Shown here: positions 50,386 through 64,000 of the stretch, one piece after another
Layout of the letters: the number at the start of each line of letters is the position of its first letter
Position numbering within the stretch: the first letter of the stretch is position 1
Translations under genes and position numbers: made by a program
The notes under the pieces: model-generated
Told to the model about the DNA's origin: nothing
Databases searched by the model: none
The model's input: the letters and a program-made list of their open reading frames with translations, nothing else
DNA from: the human T2T-CHM13v2.0 reference genome, Homo sapiens
Length of the DNA: 64,000 nt
Strand: one strand, 5' to 3'
Assembly (NCBI RefSeq): GCF_009914755.1
Contig: NC_060940.1

Positions 50386-53181
50386 CTTTTTTTTTCTTAT
50401 TTGAGATGGAGTCTCACTTTTTTTTTTTTTTTTTAATTGATGATTCTTGGGTGTTTCTCGCAGAGGGGGATTTGGCAGGATCGTAGGACAATAGTGGAGG
50501 GAAGGTCAGCAGATAAACAAGTGAACAAAGGTCTCTGGTTTTCCTAGGCAGAGGACCCTGCGGCCTTCCGCAGTGTTTGTGTCCCTGGGTACTTGAGATT
50601 AGGGAGTGGTGATGACTCTTAACGAGCATGCTGCCTTCAAGCATCTGTTTAACAAAGCACATCTTGCTCCGCCCTTAATCCATTTAACCCTGAGTGGACA
50701 CAGCACATGTTTCAGAGAGCACAGGGTTGGGGGCAAGGTCATAGATCAACAGCATCCCAAGGCAGAAGAATCTTAGTACAGAACAAAATGGAGTCTCCTA
50801 TGTCTACTTCTTTCTACACAGACACAGCAACAATCTGATTTCTCTATCTTTTCCCCACATTTCCCCCTTTTCTATTCCACAAAACCGCCGTCATCATCAT
50901 GGCCCATTCTCAAGGAGCTGTTGGGTACACCTCCCAGACGGGGTGGCGGCCGGGCGGAGGGGCTCCTCACTTCCCAGAAGGGGCGGCCGGGCAGAGGCAC
51001 CCCCCCACCTCCCGGACGGGGCGGCTGGCCGGGCGGGGGCTGCCCCCCACCTCCCTCCCGGATGGGGCGGCTGCCGGGCGGAGACGCTCCTCACTTCCCA
51101 GACGGGGTGGCTGCCGGGCAGAGGGGCTCCTCACTTCTCAGACGGGGCGGCTGCCGGGCGGAGGGGCTCCTCACTTCTCAGACGGGGCGGCTGCCGGGCG
51201 GAGGGGCTCCTCACTTCTCAGACGGGGCGGCTGCCGGGCGGAGAGGGGCTCCTCACTTCTCAGACGGGGCGGCTGCCGGGCGGAGGGGCTCCTCACTTCT
51301 CAGACGGGGCGGCTGCCGGGCGGAGGGGCTCCTCACTTCTCAGATGGGGCGGCTGCCGGGCGGAGGGGCTTCTCACTTCTCAGATGGGGCGGCTGCCGGG
51401 CGGAGGGGCTCCTCACTTCTCAGACGGGGCGGCTGCCGGGCGGAGGGGCTCCTCACTTCTCAGATGGGGCGGCTGCCGGGCGGAGGGGCTTCTCACTTCT
51501 CAGATGGGGCGGCTGCCGGGCGGAGGGGCTCCTCACTTCTCAGACGGGGCAGCCGGGCAGAGACGCTCCTCACCTCCCAGACGGGGTCATGGCCGGGCAG
51601 AGGCGCTTCTCACATCCCAGACGGGGCGGCAGAGCAGAGGCGGTCCCCACATCTCAGACGATGGGCCACTGGGCAGAGACGCTCGTCACTTCCTAGACGG
51701 GATGGCGGCCGGGCAGAGACGCTCCTCACCTCCCAGACGGGGTCACGGCTGGGCAGAGGCGCTCCTCAAATCCCAGATGGGGCGGCGGAGCAGAGGCACT
51801 CCCCACATCTCAGACGATGGGCCACCGGGCAGAGACGCTCGTCACTTCCTAGACGGGATGGCGGCCGGGCAGAGACGCTCCTCACCTCCCAGACGGGGTC
51901 ACGGCCGGGCAGAGGCGCTCCTCACATCCCAGATGGGGCGGCGGAGCAGAGGCACTCCCCACATCTCAGACGATGGGCCACCGGGCAGAGACGCTCGTCA
52001 CTTCCTAGACGGGATGGCGGCCGGAAAGAGACGCTCCTCACCTCCCAGACGGGGTTGCAGCTGGGCAGAGGCGCTCCTCACATCCCAGACGGGGCGGCGG
52101 GGCAGAGGCGCTCCCCACATCTCAGACGATGGGTGGCCAGGCAGAGACGCTCCTCACTTCCTAGACAGGATGGCGGCCGGGAAGAGGCGCTCCTCACTTC
52201 CCAGACTGGGCAGCTGGACAGAGGGGCTCCTCACATCCCAGAGGATGGGTGGCCAGGCAGAGACGCTCCTCACTTCCCAGACAGGGTGGCGGCCGGGCAC
52301 AGGCTGCAATCTCGGCACTTTGGGAGGCCAAGGCAGGCGGCTGGGAGGTGGAGGTTGTAGCTAGCTGAGATCACACCACTGCACTCCAGCCTGGGCAACA
52401 TTGAGCACTGAGTGAACGAGACTCCGTCTGCAATCCCGGCACCTCGGGAGGCCGAGGCGGGCAGATCACTCACGGTTAGGAGCTGGAGACCAGCCCGGCC
52501 AACACAGCGAAACCCCGTCTCCACCAAAAAAATACGAAAACCAGTCAGGCGTGGTGGTGTGCGCCTGCAATCGCAGGCACTCGGCAGGCTGAGGCGGGAG
52601 AATCAGGCAGGGAGGTTGCAGTGAGCCGAGATGGCAGCAGTACAGTCCAGCTTTGGCTCGGCATCAGAGGGAGACCGTGGAAAGAGAGGGAGAGGGAGGA
52701 GGGAGAGAGGGAGGAGAGGGAGGAGAGGGAGAGGGAGGAGGGGGAGGGAGGAGGGGGAGAGGGAGGAGAGGGAGAGGGAGGGGGAGGGAGGAGGGGGAGA
52801 GGGAGGAGAGGGAGAGGGAGGAGAGGGAGGAGGGGGAGAGGGAGGAGAGGGAGAGGGAGGAGGGGAGAGGGGGGAGAGGGAGAGGGAGAGAGAGGGAGAG
52901 GGAGAGCCGGAGTCTCACTCTTACCCAGGCAGGAGTGCAGTGGCATGATCTCGGCTCACTGCAACCTCTGCCTCCTGGGTTCAAGTGGATTCTCCTGCCT
53001 CCGCATCCCAAATAGCTGGGGTTACAGGTGCCGGCCACCACACCCAGCTAGTTTTTGTATTTTCAGTAGAGACAGGGTTTCACCATGTTGGCCAGGCTCA
53101 TCTTGAACTCCTGACCTCGGGTGATCTGCCTGCCTCGGCCTCCCAAAGTGCTGGCATTATAGGTGTGAGTCACTGCGCCAG
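50386..53181 (-). mobile_element. AluS host element split by the SVA (tail 50386-50418, body 52909-53181)
   Basis: ttgagatggagtctcact resumes as ggagtctcactcttacccaggc after the SVA. Confidence 0.9.
50419..52906 (-). mobile_element. Full-length SVA retrotransposon (probably older SVA_B/C type) inserted into an Alu
   Basis: On the - strand: CCCTCT-type hexamers 52906-52684, Alu-like region ~52680-52290, VNTR ~52290-50930, SINE-R ~50925-50435, poly(A). TSD GGAGTCTCACT at 50408-50418 and 52909-52919. Confidence 0.96.
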
Positions 53182-54446
53182 CCAGTCATCGATTTTAAGT
53201 GGTATACAGACATACTTTTTTTAAATGTGTTTTTTAAGTGCAATACTTACTAAGTGATTTTAAAATTTTAGAATGTTATATTTCTATAGGTGACAGGCAA
53301 GTACTGTAAAGATCATGAAAGCTGTTCAGAACTGAATTAGGGAAATGCTGCCTCTGAATCAAATTAACTTTCTTCTGAAGGGCCCTCCTTTCGTTGTGAT
53401 GCTTAGATTACATTTGTTTATTCCCAGACACCCCTGTTGCACGGGATGGGATGTCTGGCCTAACCATTCCAACTCTACCCCACCCCACACACAACACACA
53501 CTGCCATTTTGACTTTAAAATAATCCAGCTAGATTTACTGTTAATTCTTGCTAATCTGGACCAAAAATCTGGATTAGATCTCTCACGTTCATAGGATCTG
53601 GCACCCAGAACTTTTTTTATCATACATTCCATCATCCGAGGTCAGTTTCATTACCTAAGCTCGTTGTTCCTTAAGCTAAACTGACCTTTTCTTTAAGTGC
53701 AGTCCACTCCTATGATAATTTTCTAGTTACTCAGCACCTGTGGCAATTCCTCTCTTGGAGAAACACTGGAGTTAAGCTCTAATGTTTCATCCACGACTTG
53801 GTCTTCCAGCTCCATCCTTTGTTGGTCTTATTTGGGGCTGAAGTTTCAACTCATCCCCCAGTCTCTCTTCTTTCTACTCTTTCCCTTCACTAGTATCCTA
53901 TGCCCTGTTGTTTCAGCCACACGCTAACATGCCCATAACCTGCTGCTCCTTACTCACCTTGCTGCACCCAAACAGCTAACCTTCAAACCCGGATTAAGGT
54001 GCTGAACACTGCTTAACAAAACTAGTCTTTGAAGACAATTTAAGAAGTAACTTATTTGCAAGGCACTGTGCCAGGTGCTTGGACTTCATTTAATCCTTAA
54101 AAATTCCAGTTGTACTTGATGTCTTGTGTTAAGCAGGAAAGTCCACTGCCAGTGAAGGCTCAGTCCAGCCTTGGATATTCAAGCCAGCTCCTAACTAATC
54201 CAACTCGCCCCTACTATGTGGAAGAGTAAGCCAGCAAGTAAGACTCCACCTCTTGCAGATCCCCAAAAAACCATGTCATGTCTCCCTATCTTTTGCACTC
54301 AGCTGTTTCATCTGGCTGGAATTTCCTTCCTCCTTTGCCTGCTTCATAATTTCCTGCTCATTGTTCAAGAGTTAGGTTGCTGTTACCAGGCGCGGTGGCT
54401 CACGCCTGTAATCCCAGCGCTTTGGGAGGCCGAGGCGGGCGGATCA

Positions 54447-54794
<348 letters not shown>

Positions 54795-56101
54795 TTATCT
54801 CACTCACTGGACTGAGCATGACTTCCACAAAAAGTCTAGTTTATATTCCGGAAGCCAAACCATGCCTTGCACATAGTAACAAATGTTTGAAATAATGAAA
54901 TTACCTTGTTTTAAACTTTGAGATTGTGTTTTGCCAAGCAAGTTAATTCTTACCCACACACTGGCCTAAAGAAATATGTGTAGAAGCTAGTAATAAGAGC
55001 AGACTTCACAGACAACCGGTGACATGTCCGTTTCTCAAGGGAGGGATTAATTTTTGGCCTACTGCAGGTTTGAAAAGTAGTATCCTTCAAGGACCTAGGT
55101 GTTTCTGTGTGCCAAGAATACTCCAGAGTGTTAAAATCAGGAGCTTAAAAATCACTCCTTTGCTAGTGTCAGCATGGCAAATGAAGGGAGCGAAACCTGC
55201 TCCAAAATATTTAAGCCAGGATTTCAGAGGAGCAAAAAGCTACTTAATAAACGTAATAGTTTATTCATCCCAGTCTGCGCAAGTGTCTCCGTGTACTTGT
55301 CCACTTTCCCTGTCTTTCAGCGCCTTTAATGAATGCTGTTCTTACTGTATAAAGCTAGACATAGAACAAAACCTCTGATTTGAAACATGTCCTTTCTGAG
55401 AGTTTTTATACCACTGCTCATTTACTTTAGCTTCAGCAGTTGTCTTATTTTTAACTAGAAAAAAGCCTCCTATATATAGTATGTATATATATACGTATGT
55501 ATATGCGTGTATATATAAAATATAGAGAGCGAGCGTGTACCCTGCATTTTCTTTATGTCATAAACACATCCTTTGACATTAAATTTTTCCACAAACATTT
55601 TTAATTTTGAGAATTGGAATGGTCAGGAAAGAATAGACTTAAGGTCACCTACTTAAATCCTGGAGAAAGTGTACCATGAAGCTGCTGTATGTGAATAACT
55701 TCAGCATACGGATCTGAAAGAAATAGGATTAATAGGAACATTCAAAGACTTCAGGCAAATTCTTTCAGTATGGATCTAAAGTATAAACAGCTTATCAAGG
55801 CTCCTCTTTGATAAAAGCCTTTGAGATTATTTTTAGGATCATGTTAAAAGGACTTTTTAAAAATAACTATTGCTAATTCCTTTATGCACTTTACCTTTTA
55901 TTAAATTTAATGAAGGGTGAACAGTGATCTCATATTAAAGCCAACACCAGCGTGAATCTTGCTTTTCCACTTTGCTTGAAATGTGGCTCTTTTGTAATTT
56001 ACTATGAAGTTGGTTTGGCCAGTGTGAATGTTTTCAATTTAGGTTTCTATTTTTAAAGTCTCTGTGGTAAGATTTTCATATGAGAATGGACATACATTTA
56101 G

Positions 56102-56305
<204 letters not shown>

Positions 56306-56340
56306 TGAAACTACAGGTGTGTGCCACCACACCTGGCTAA

Positions 56341-56529
<189 letters not shown>

Positions 56530-58645
56530 TAATGATATATAAAGCTGGTAGACTGATTTCTTTTTGTATCCTAAAAACTAAAACCAATAAACACAAATAT
56601 GAAAAATGAAGCCAGGGAAAACTGTATTAGTGCTAGAAACTCAGGAAAAGACAGAAGGGGCAGACATAGCTAAAAATATGGCATTTCTGCCATAGCACCA
56701 CATCTTAAAAGTTTTTTGTTGTTAATGGAGAGAAGGCGAAATAAAGACAACTGACAGTTCTCTCCTTGAGAAGGCAGATGGCCTCTTGGAAAGCTTGAAT
56801 AGAAGATCTTGGGTATTAGGAACACACCATCATCTGAAGAAACAGGGATGGGCCATGGAGCAAATGAAGTTAATTTCCTTTGAAGTCACTTTGAATATGA
56901 TGAAAATTGCACAAAGGAAACCTGAAGCGTAGGCTACCATGTTGACGGGGATGGAAGAAGATTCTGTCCAGAGACAGATTTGTTATAGCTGGTCTTGTTG
57001 CCAGGAAGGAGGCCGGATCACGCAGCCCTCATTCCCCTGGCTATTATGGGGGCTGAAGGGGGAAAATATGCAATTTTCAAAACATTATGGCACTGGTGCC
57101 AGAAGAGGCAGACAAGTCAGTGGAATTGAATACAACACCATAAATTGGCCCAAATATAATACACAACAGTTTGAGCATAAGTAAATGTGAAAAAGGATAG
57201 GTTTTTCAATAAGCTTTGAGTGAACTGGTTAACCACTTGGAGAAAAAAAAATCACATCTTAAAATTCTAGACTAAATATTGTTTATCCAAAATTTTATAT
57301 ATTTAGGATTTAAAATATTCTTTTGTATAAATTTTGGTACCAAAATAAAATGTTGATAATTGTGTGTTTTGACCTATCATATTACATTCCTGGATTATAT
57401 TCTTCCCATCTTCTAGGATGACCATTTTTTGATAGGTTAAGAGTTTATTATTTCAACTGGCCAGTCAACTGGAAGCCCAGGAGCTTCCCCGATATTTTTG
57501 ATAATGGTTATATGAGATCTGGTTTATCCTGATTTGCTCCTTTTTAATTTTCTGATGTCTCTTGTGCTGATTTTTCTCTTCAGAGCTTCTCATTATGGTA
57601 CAGTCTCAATCTTTATACATTTTGTGACATTTCTGCCTATTTTCTGAGAACACATCACATCCTCTCATCTTCCTGTGCACACCATCGTCCCTTCTTTTCT
57701 GTTCTACTTCATAGTTTCTTCATCTCTGAAACTGAAATTAGCCATTATTTTTCTGAACCAAGGATGAATTATGCCATTAGAGGGCAGAAGAAGCTGCTTG
57801 TTCTTTAAACTAGCAACTGTTTCCCCCTCTGCAATTTTTTAAAATTACAATCTCAATTATTACACAAATAAACATCTGAAAATTTTAAATGCCACTAGCA
57901 GCCGGGTGCGGTGGCTCATGCCTGTAATCCTAGCACTTTGAGAGGCTGAGGCGGGTGGATCACTTGAGGCCAGGAGTTCAAGACGAGCCTGGCCAACATG
58001 GTGAAACCCCATCTCTACTAAAAATACAAAAAAAAAAAAAAAAAAAAAATTAGATGGGCATGGTGGTGCACACCTGTAATCTCAGCTACTAGGGAGGCTG
58101 AGAATCACTCCAACCCCGGAGCTGGAGATTGCGGTGAGCCACTGCACTCCAGCTTGGGTGACATAGTGCGACCCTGTCAAAAAAAAAAAAAAAGCCACTA
58201 ACAATAAAACAGAAATGCCAACAAAACAAAATTCTGGTGCCTTCAGGCATTTAGAGTTACCTTTAAGTCCAAAACCAGTGTGATTCTCCATCTTCCCCCT
58301 CCCCCCACCGATATTGACTTTTCTACCAGGATATGTCTGTGGTAGTTAGCATTTTCATTAAATTTGCCCAGATCATAATACATTCTCAATTTTGCAGGCT
58401 TTAAGAATTTAATTTTTCTCACAAAGTTGTACATTGTTTAAAAAGTCATAAAGTTCTTCAGGACTTACAACAGGCCGGGTGTGATGGCTCACGCCTGTAA
58501 TCCCAGCACTCTGGAAGTCGCGGTGGGCAGATCATCTGAGGTCAGAAGTTCAAGACCAGCCTGGCCATGGTGAAACCCCGTCTCTACTAAAAATACAAAA
58601 AATTAGCCGAGCATGGTGGTGCACGCCTGTAATCCCAGCTACTCA

Positions 58646-58750
<105 letters not shown>

Positions 58751-59266
58751 TCAAAAAAAAAAAAAAAAAAAAAAGACTTACAACAAAAACTTCATTCTCC
58801 TACTCTAATTAATTATATGCTGACTAATTCTTTACAGGCCATTTCAACTCTGCTAGTTCTTTCTTTAAAAAAGAAAAGAAGAATGTTATATGTAAATAAC
58901 ACACTCCTCCTATTACTTGATTTTTCAGTCTCAAGTATGAGCCACAATTGACTTTAGCAACACCCACACACATACACCTCTACCCTCTCCCACCCTCTCA
59001 ATAAAAGTTTTACCATTTGGATTAAATAAAAATGGTGGTATACATTATTATATATCTATATAAACAGTTCCACATTGAGTCACTTGGTATAGTAGGATTG
59101 CTTTCATGTAAAATGTTGTTTTTCCTGGAATTAATATCAACTCCCGTTTCAAAAGTTTGATTTTCTATGGCTCACTGGAAACAAACCTCCTCCCAGGATA
59201 TTCAAATAAGTGTTCATCAGTTTTACCCTTTTTCTTGGGATATTCCCCTCCAGAACCTTCTTTCTA

Positions 59267-59999
<733 letters not shown>

Positions 60000-60665
60000 T
60001 CATTTGAGGTGGAGGACATGTGCTCTAGTAAGTTACTGCGGAAGGGTACCTGGGAGGTAAAATTTTTCAGAGCCTAAAATGTCACAAATGTTCTTACTCT
60101 ACCCCGACACTTGATTTATGGTTTGGTTGGGCATAGAATTCTGCACTGGAAATCATTTGCATTCATACCTGGAGGCATTTCTCTATCATAATCCTGCTTC
60201 TGGCATTGCTAACCAGGCGTTCAAGCCATTCTGACTCCTAATCCATTTATATGCAATTTTTGCAATATTTTCCCCTCCCAGGATTCTTTGGTAACTTCCT
60301 TTTAACCTAGGTACATTTAGAAAATCCAATGTTGTGATGATGACGTTGCGACCCTTTTAAAATATACTTTGCCAAGTGCTCTATGAGCCCTTTCTTTCAT
60401 GTCTTTCATGAAATTATGTCTTTTATGATTTTCTTGGAAACATTATTTTATTACTTGTGGGATAATACTCTCCATTCCATTTTTTTCTGCTTTCTTTTTT
60501 TGGGACTCATTATTTTGATATTAGATTTTCTGGACTGATCCTCTACTATTTTCCATTCTTGTGTTTTGTTTTGTTTTGTTTGACCAGGTTGGAGTGCAGT
60601 CATAGCTCACTGCAGCCTTGACCTCCTGGGCTCAAGCGACCTTCCCGCCTCAGCCTCCTGAATAA

Positions 60666-61182
<517 letters not shown>

Positions 61183-61699
61183 TGATCCACTCGCCTCAGC
61201 CTCCCAAAATGCTGGGATTACAGGTGTAAGCCACCACGTCTGGCCCATATTTACAATTTCTCAGGGTTCTATTTTTTTATTTCCTGATTGTTCCCCTTTT
61301 CATAACATTCTATTCTTTTTCATGGCTATAATAGGACTTGTAAAGATATTCATTTTGTTGAGGTTTTCTTCTGCTCTTCAAGTTAGAAATTTGTGAGATA
61401 TGACAAGAGAGTTCTATTATAGAGTGATCTGAGTGTACCACTTCACTGAGGATCTTCCCGGCATTTTTTCTTGTGGTTAGTTTCTTCCAGAGGGGAATCC
61501 TCCACTCTTTAGAATGGGGATGAAAAACTATAGTATAATTACAAATCCAGCTACCAGGAATTTTTTGGAGCCAAGTAAGCTTCCATTCAGTATATATAGA
61601 CAGACTCCATCCTGCTCTTTCCAGTACAGCACCCCTATCCACTTGATGTCCTCAAGTCCAGAGTCCTTCTATTCTTTGGTACCCAAAAGGGCTGCATAT

Positions 61700-61852
61700 T
61701 TTGGACTACTTAGAGAGCTTTAAGACATACTGAAGGCTGTATACCTTACCCAGAGTTTTTACTTTAATACATCTGGTGGGGTGGTCTGAACATCAGTCTT
61801 TTAAAATCTCTCCAGGTGACTCCAATGTGCAGCCAAGGTTGAGAACCACTGC
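61700..61852. mobile_element. MER5A-like hAT relic
   Basis: ctccaggtgactccaatgtgcagccaaggttgagaaccactg. Confidence 0.7.
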
Positions 61853-61861
61853 TCTAGTTGA

Positions 61862-62360
<499 letters not shown>

Positions 62361-62988
62361 TGATCCACCCGCCTTGGCCTCCCAAAGTGCTGGGATTACA
62401 GGCGTGAACCACCGCACCCAGCCTAGAGTTCTCTCTTGCCTGCATATTCTGATTCACTTTAGGCTTCTAGGTTATGAGTCATCTGGTTTTTAGGCTTCTG
62501 ATTCAGACCTCTGGTTTTCTGGTCAGCTTACCCCTTGTTCACATGAATTTCACCTTTCAAAAATGTGTTGCGATTATTTCCTCTTCTGCTCTCCCTGTTT
62601 GTGCCTTGTTTGACCTTTTATTATCATTACAGTGCACTCTGGAGAAGGAAGGAAGAATATTCGATCCACCATGCTTCGCTGGAATTTCTGTCCTACTCCG
62701 TGTCATTAACAGTCATGTTAAAATGTCAGCAGGGGGCTTGCCAAGCCAGATTTAGCAAAAATTGAACCTGTAGAACATCAAAGATTTCCCCAAGACGCTG
62801 TAAATTTCTAGGCTGCTTATGTTTTCAAGGCCATTCTAGATTGGTTATTTCTGGCTCCTTGATCAACCATATCAACTTAAGTTCTTTCTATAGATTAAGA
62901 AAGTTGTCTTTCATTATTTCTTTTTCTTCTCCAACACCACCACCACCACCATTTTTTTCTTTCTTTTAGTGACTCTGATTGTTTGTAG

Positions 62989-63222
<234 letters not shown>

Positions 63223-63689
63223 TAATTGTTTTGTAGAAATGGGGATCTCCCTTATATTGTTCAGACTGATCTCAAACTTCTGGCTCAACCAATCCTCCCA
63301 CCTCAGCCTCCCAAAGGGCTGGGATTACAAGCTTGAGCCACTGCGCCCAGCCCTCGGCAAACTTTTAAATCATTTTTTAAGGTTTCTTTCTGTTGGATAA
63401 ATCATAGTTTATTTTCCCTAATTCAATGATCTTCATATACAGTCTGCCATTCAGTTTCTCCTTTGTGACTTTTCATTTCAAAACCACCTCTCTCATCTCC
63501 ATTCCGTCTTCCTTTGCTGCTCCTTTTCTAGGACAACTTGATCAAGTTACATAGATGTAGAATCCACTTCAGTCTTGCTGAGAACATAAAACTGACGTTG
63601 GCTCTAATTTTTTGTTATTGTTTCTGAGGAATAGATTTCTGAAGGAGAAAGCAACTCTGAGGCCCCACATACTTGTCATTTAAGTTTTT

Positions 63690-63691
<2 letters not shown>

Positions 63692-63736
<45 letters not shown>
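63692..63736 (+). repeat. (GT)n microsatellite
   Basis: Directly visible. Confidence 0.95.
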
Positions 63737-63738
<2 letters not shown>

Positions 63739-64000
63739 CTAAAGATGAGGTCCTGTAATCCCAGCACTTTGGGAGCCTGAGGCAGGCAGATTACTTGAGT
63801 CAGGAGTTTGAGACCAGCCTGGCCAACATAGTGAAACCCCGTCTCTACTGAAAAAAAAAAAAAAATTAGCCTGGTGTGGTGGTGCATGCTTGTAATCCCA
63901 GCTACTCAGGAGGCTGAGGTAGGAGAATTGTGTGAACCTAGGAGGCAGAGGCTGCAGTGAGCTGAGATCATGCACTCCACCCTGGGGCACAGAGTGAGAC

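Noticed and set aside
51100-52200. Regular repeat array superficially like CRISPR
   Set aside because: Tandem units without unique spacers, inside an SVA in mammalian DNA; no cas genes
50899-52364. Long ORFs of 265-479 aa in three + frames
   Set aside because: They are antisense readings of the SVA VNTR; the stop-poor GC-rich 40-bp and 156-bp units explain both the length and the repeated peptides
52545-53106. Gly/Glu/Arg-rich or Pro/Ser/Leu-rich ORFs
   Set aside because: Translations of the SVA hexamer head plus the flanking Alu
55470-55520. Alternating purine-pyrimidine tract (possible Z-DNA)
   Set aside because: Mostly TA steps; an ordinary degenerate microsatellite far from any promoter

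Overview
Human-type (primate) genomic DNA containing the complete RBBP6 gene on the + strand (retinoblastoma-binding protein 6; also PACT/P2P-R; homologue of yeast Mpe1). I spliced 18 GT-AG coding exons by hand from ATG 17554 to TAA 49372. They total 5379 nt (1792 aa): DWNN ubiquitin-like domain, CCHC zinc knuckle, RING, Pro-rich, RS-rich and Lys-rich regions. A CpG-island promoter lies at ~16.2-17.4 kb and the distal AATAAA at 49763. Both known alternative products can be read from the sequence: skipping of the 102-nt exon 16 (1758 aa) and intron-3 polyadenylation (118-aa DWNN-only isoform). The flanks are Alu-dense, with old L1, L2, MIR and DNA-transposon relics and an ERV1 solo LTR. A full-length antisense SVA sits ~650 bp past the poly(A) signal. 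The most interesting signal is non-coding: an ~8.5-kb Alu-free block (exons 3-7) holding tandem intronic poly(A) signals, a candidate second DWNN-only terminal exon in intron 4 (123 aa) and a candidate poison exon. There are also three minimal uORFs in the leader. Together these suggest layered self-regulation of a 3'-end-processing factor, which is inference only. Repeat subfamily names and boundaries are by eye and approximate.
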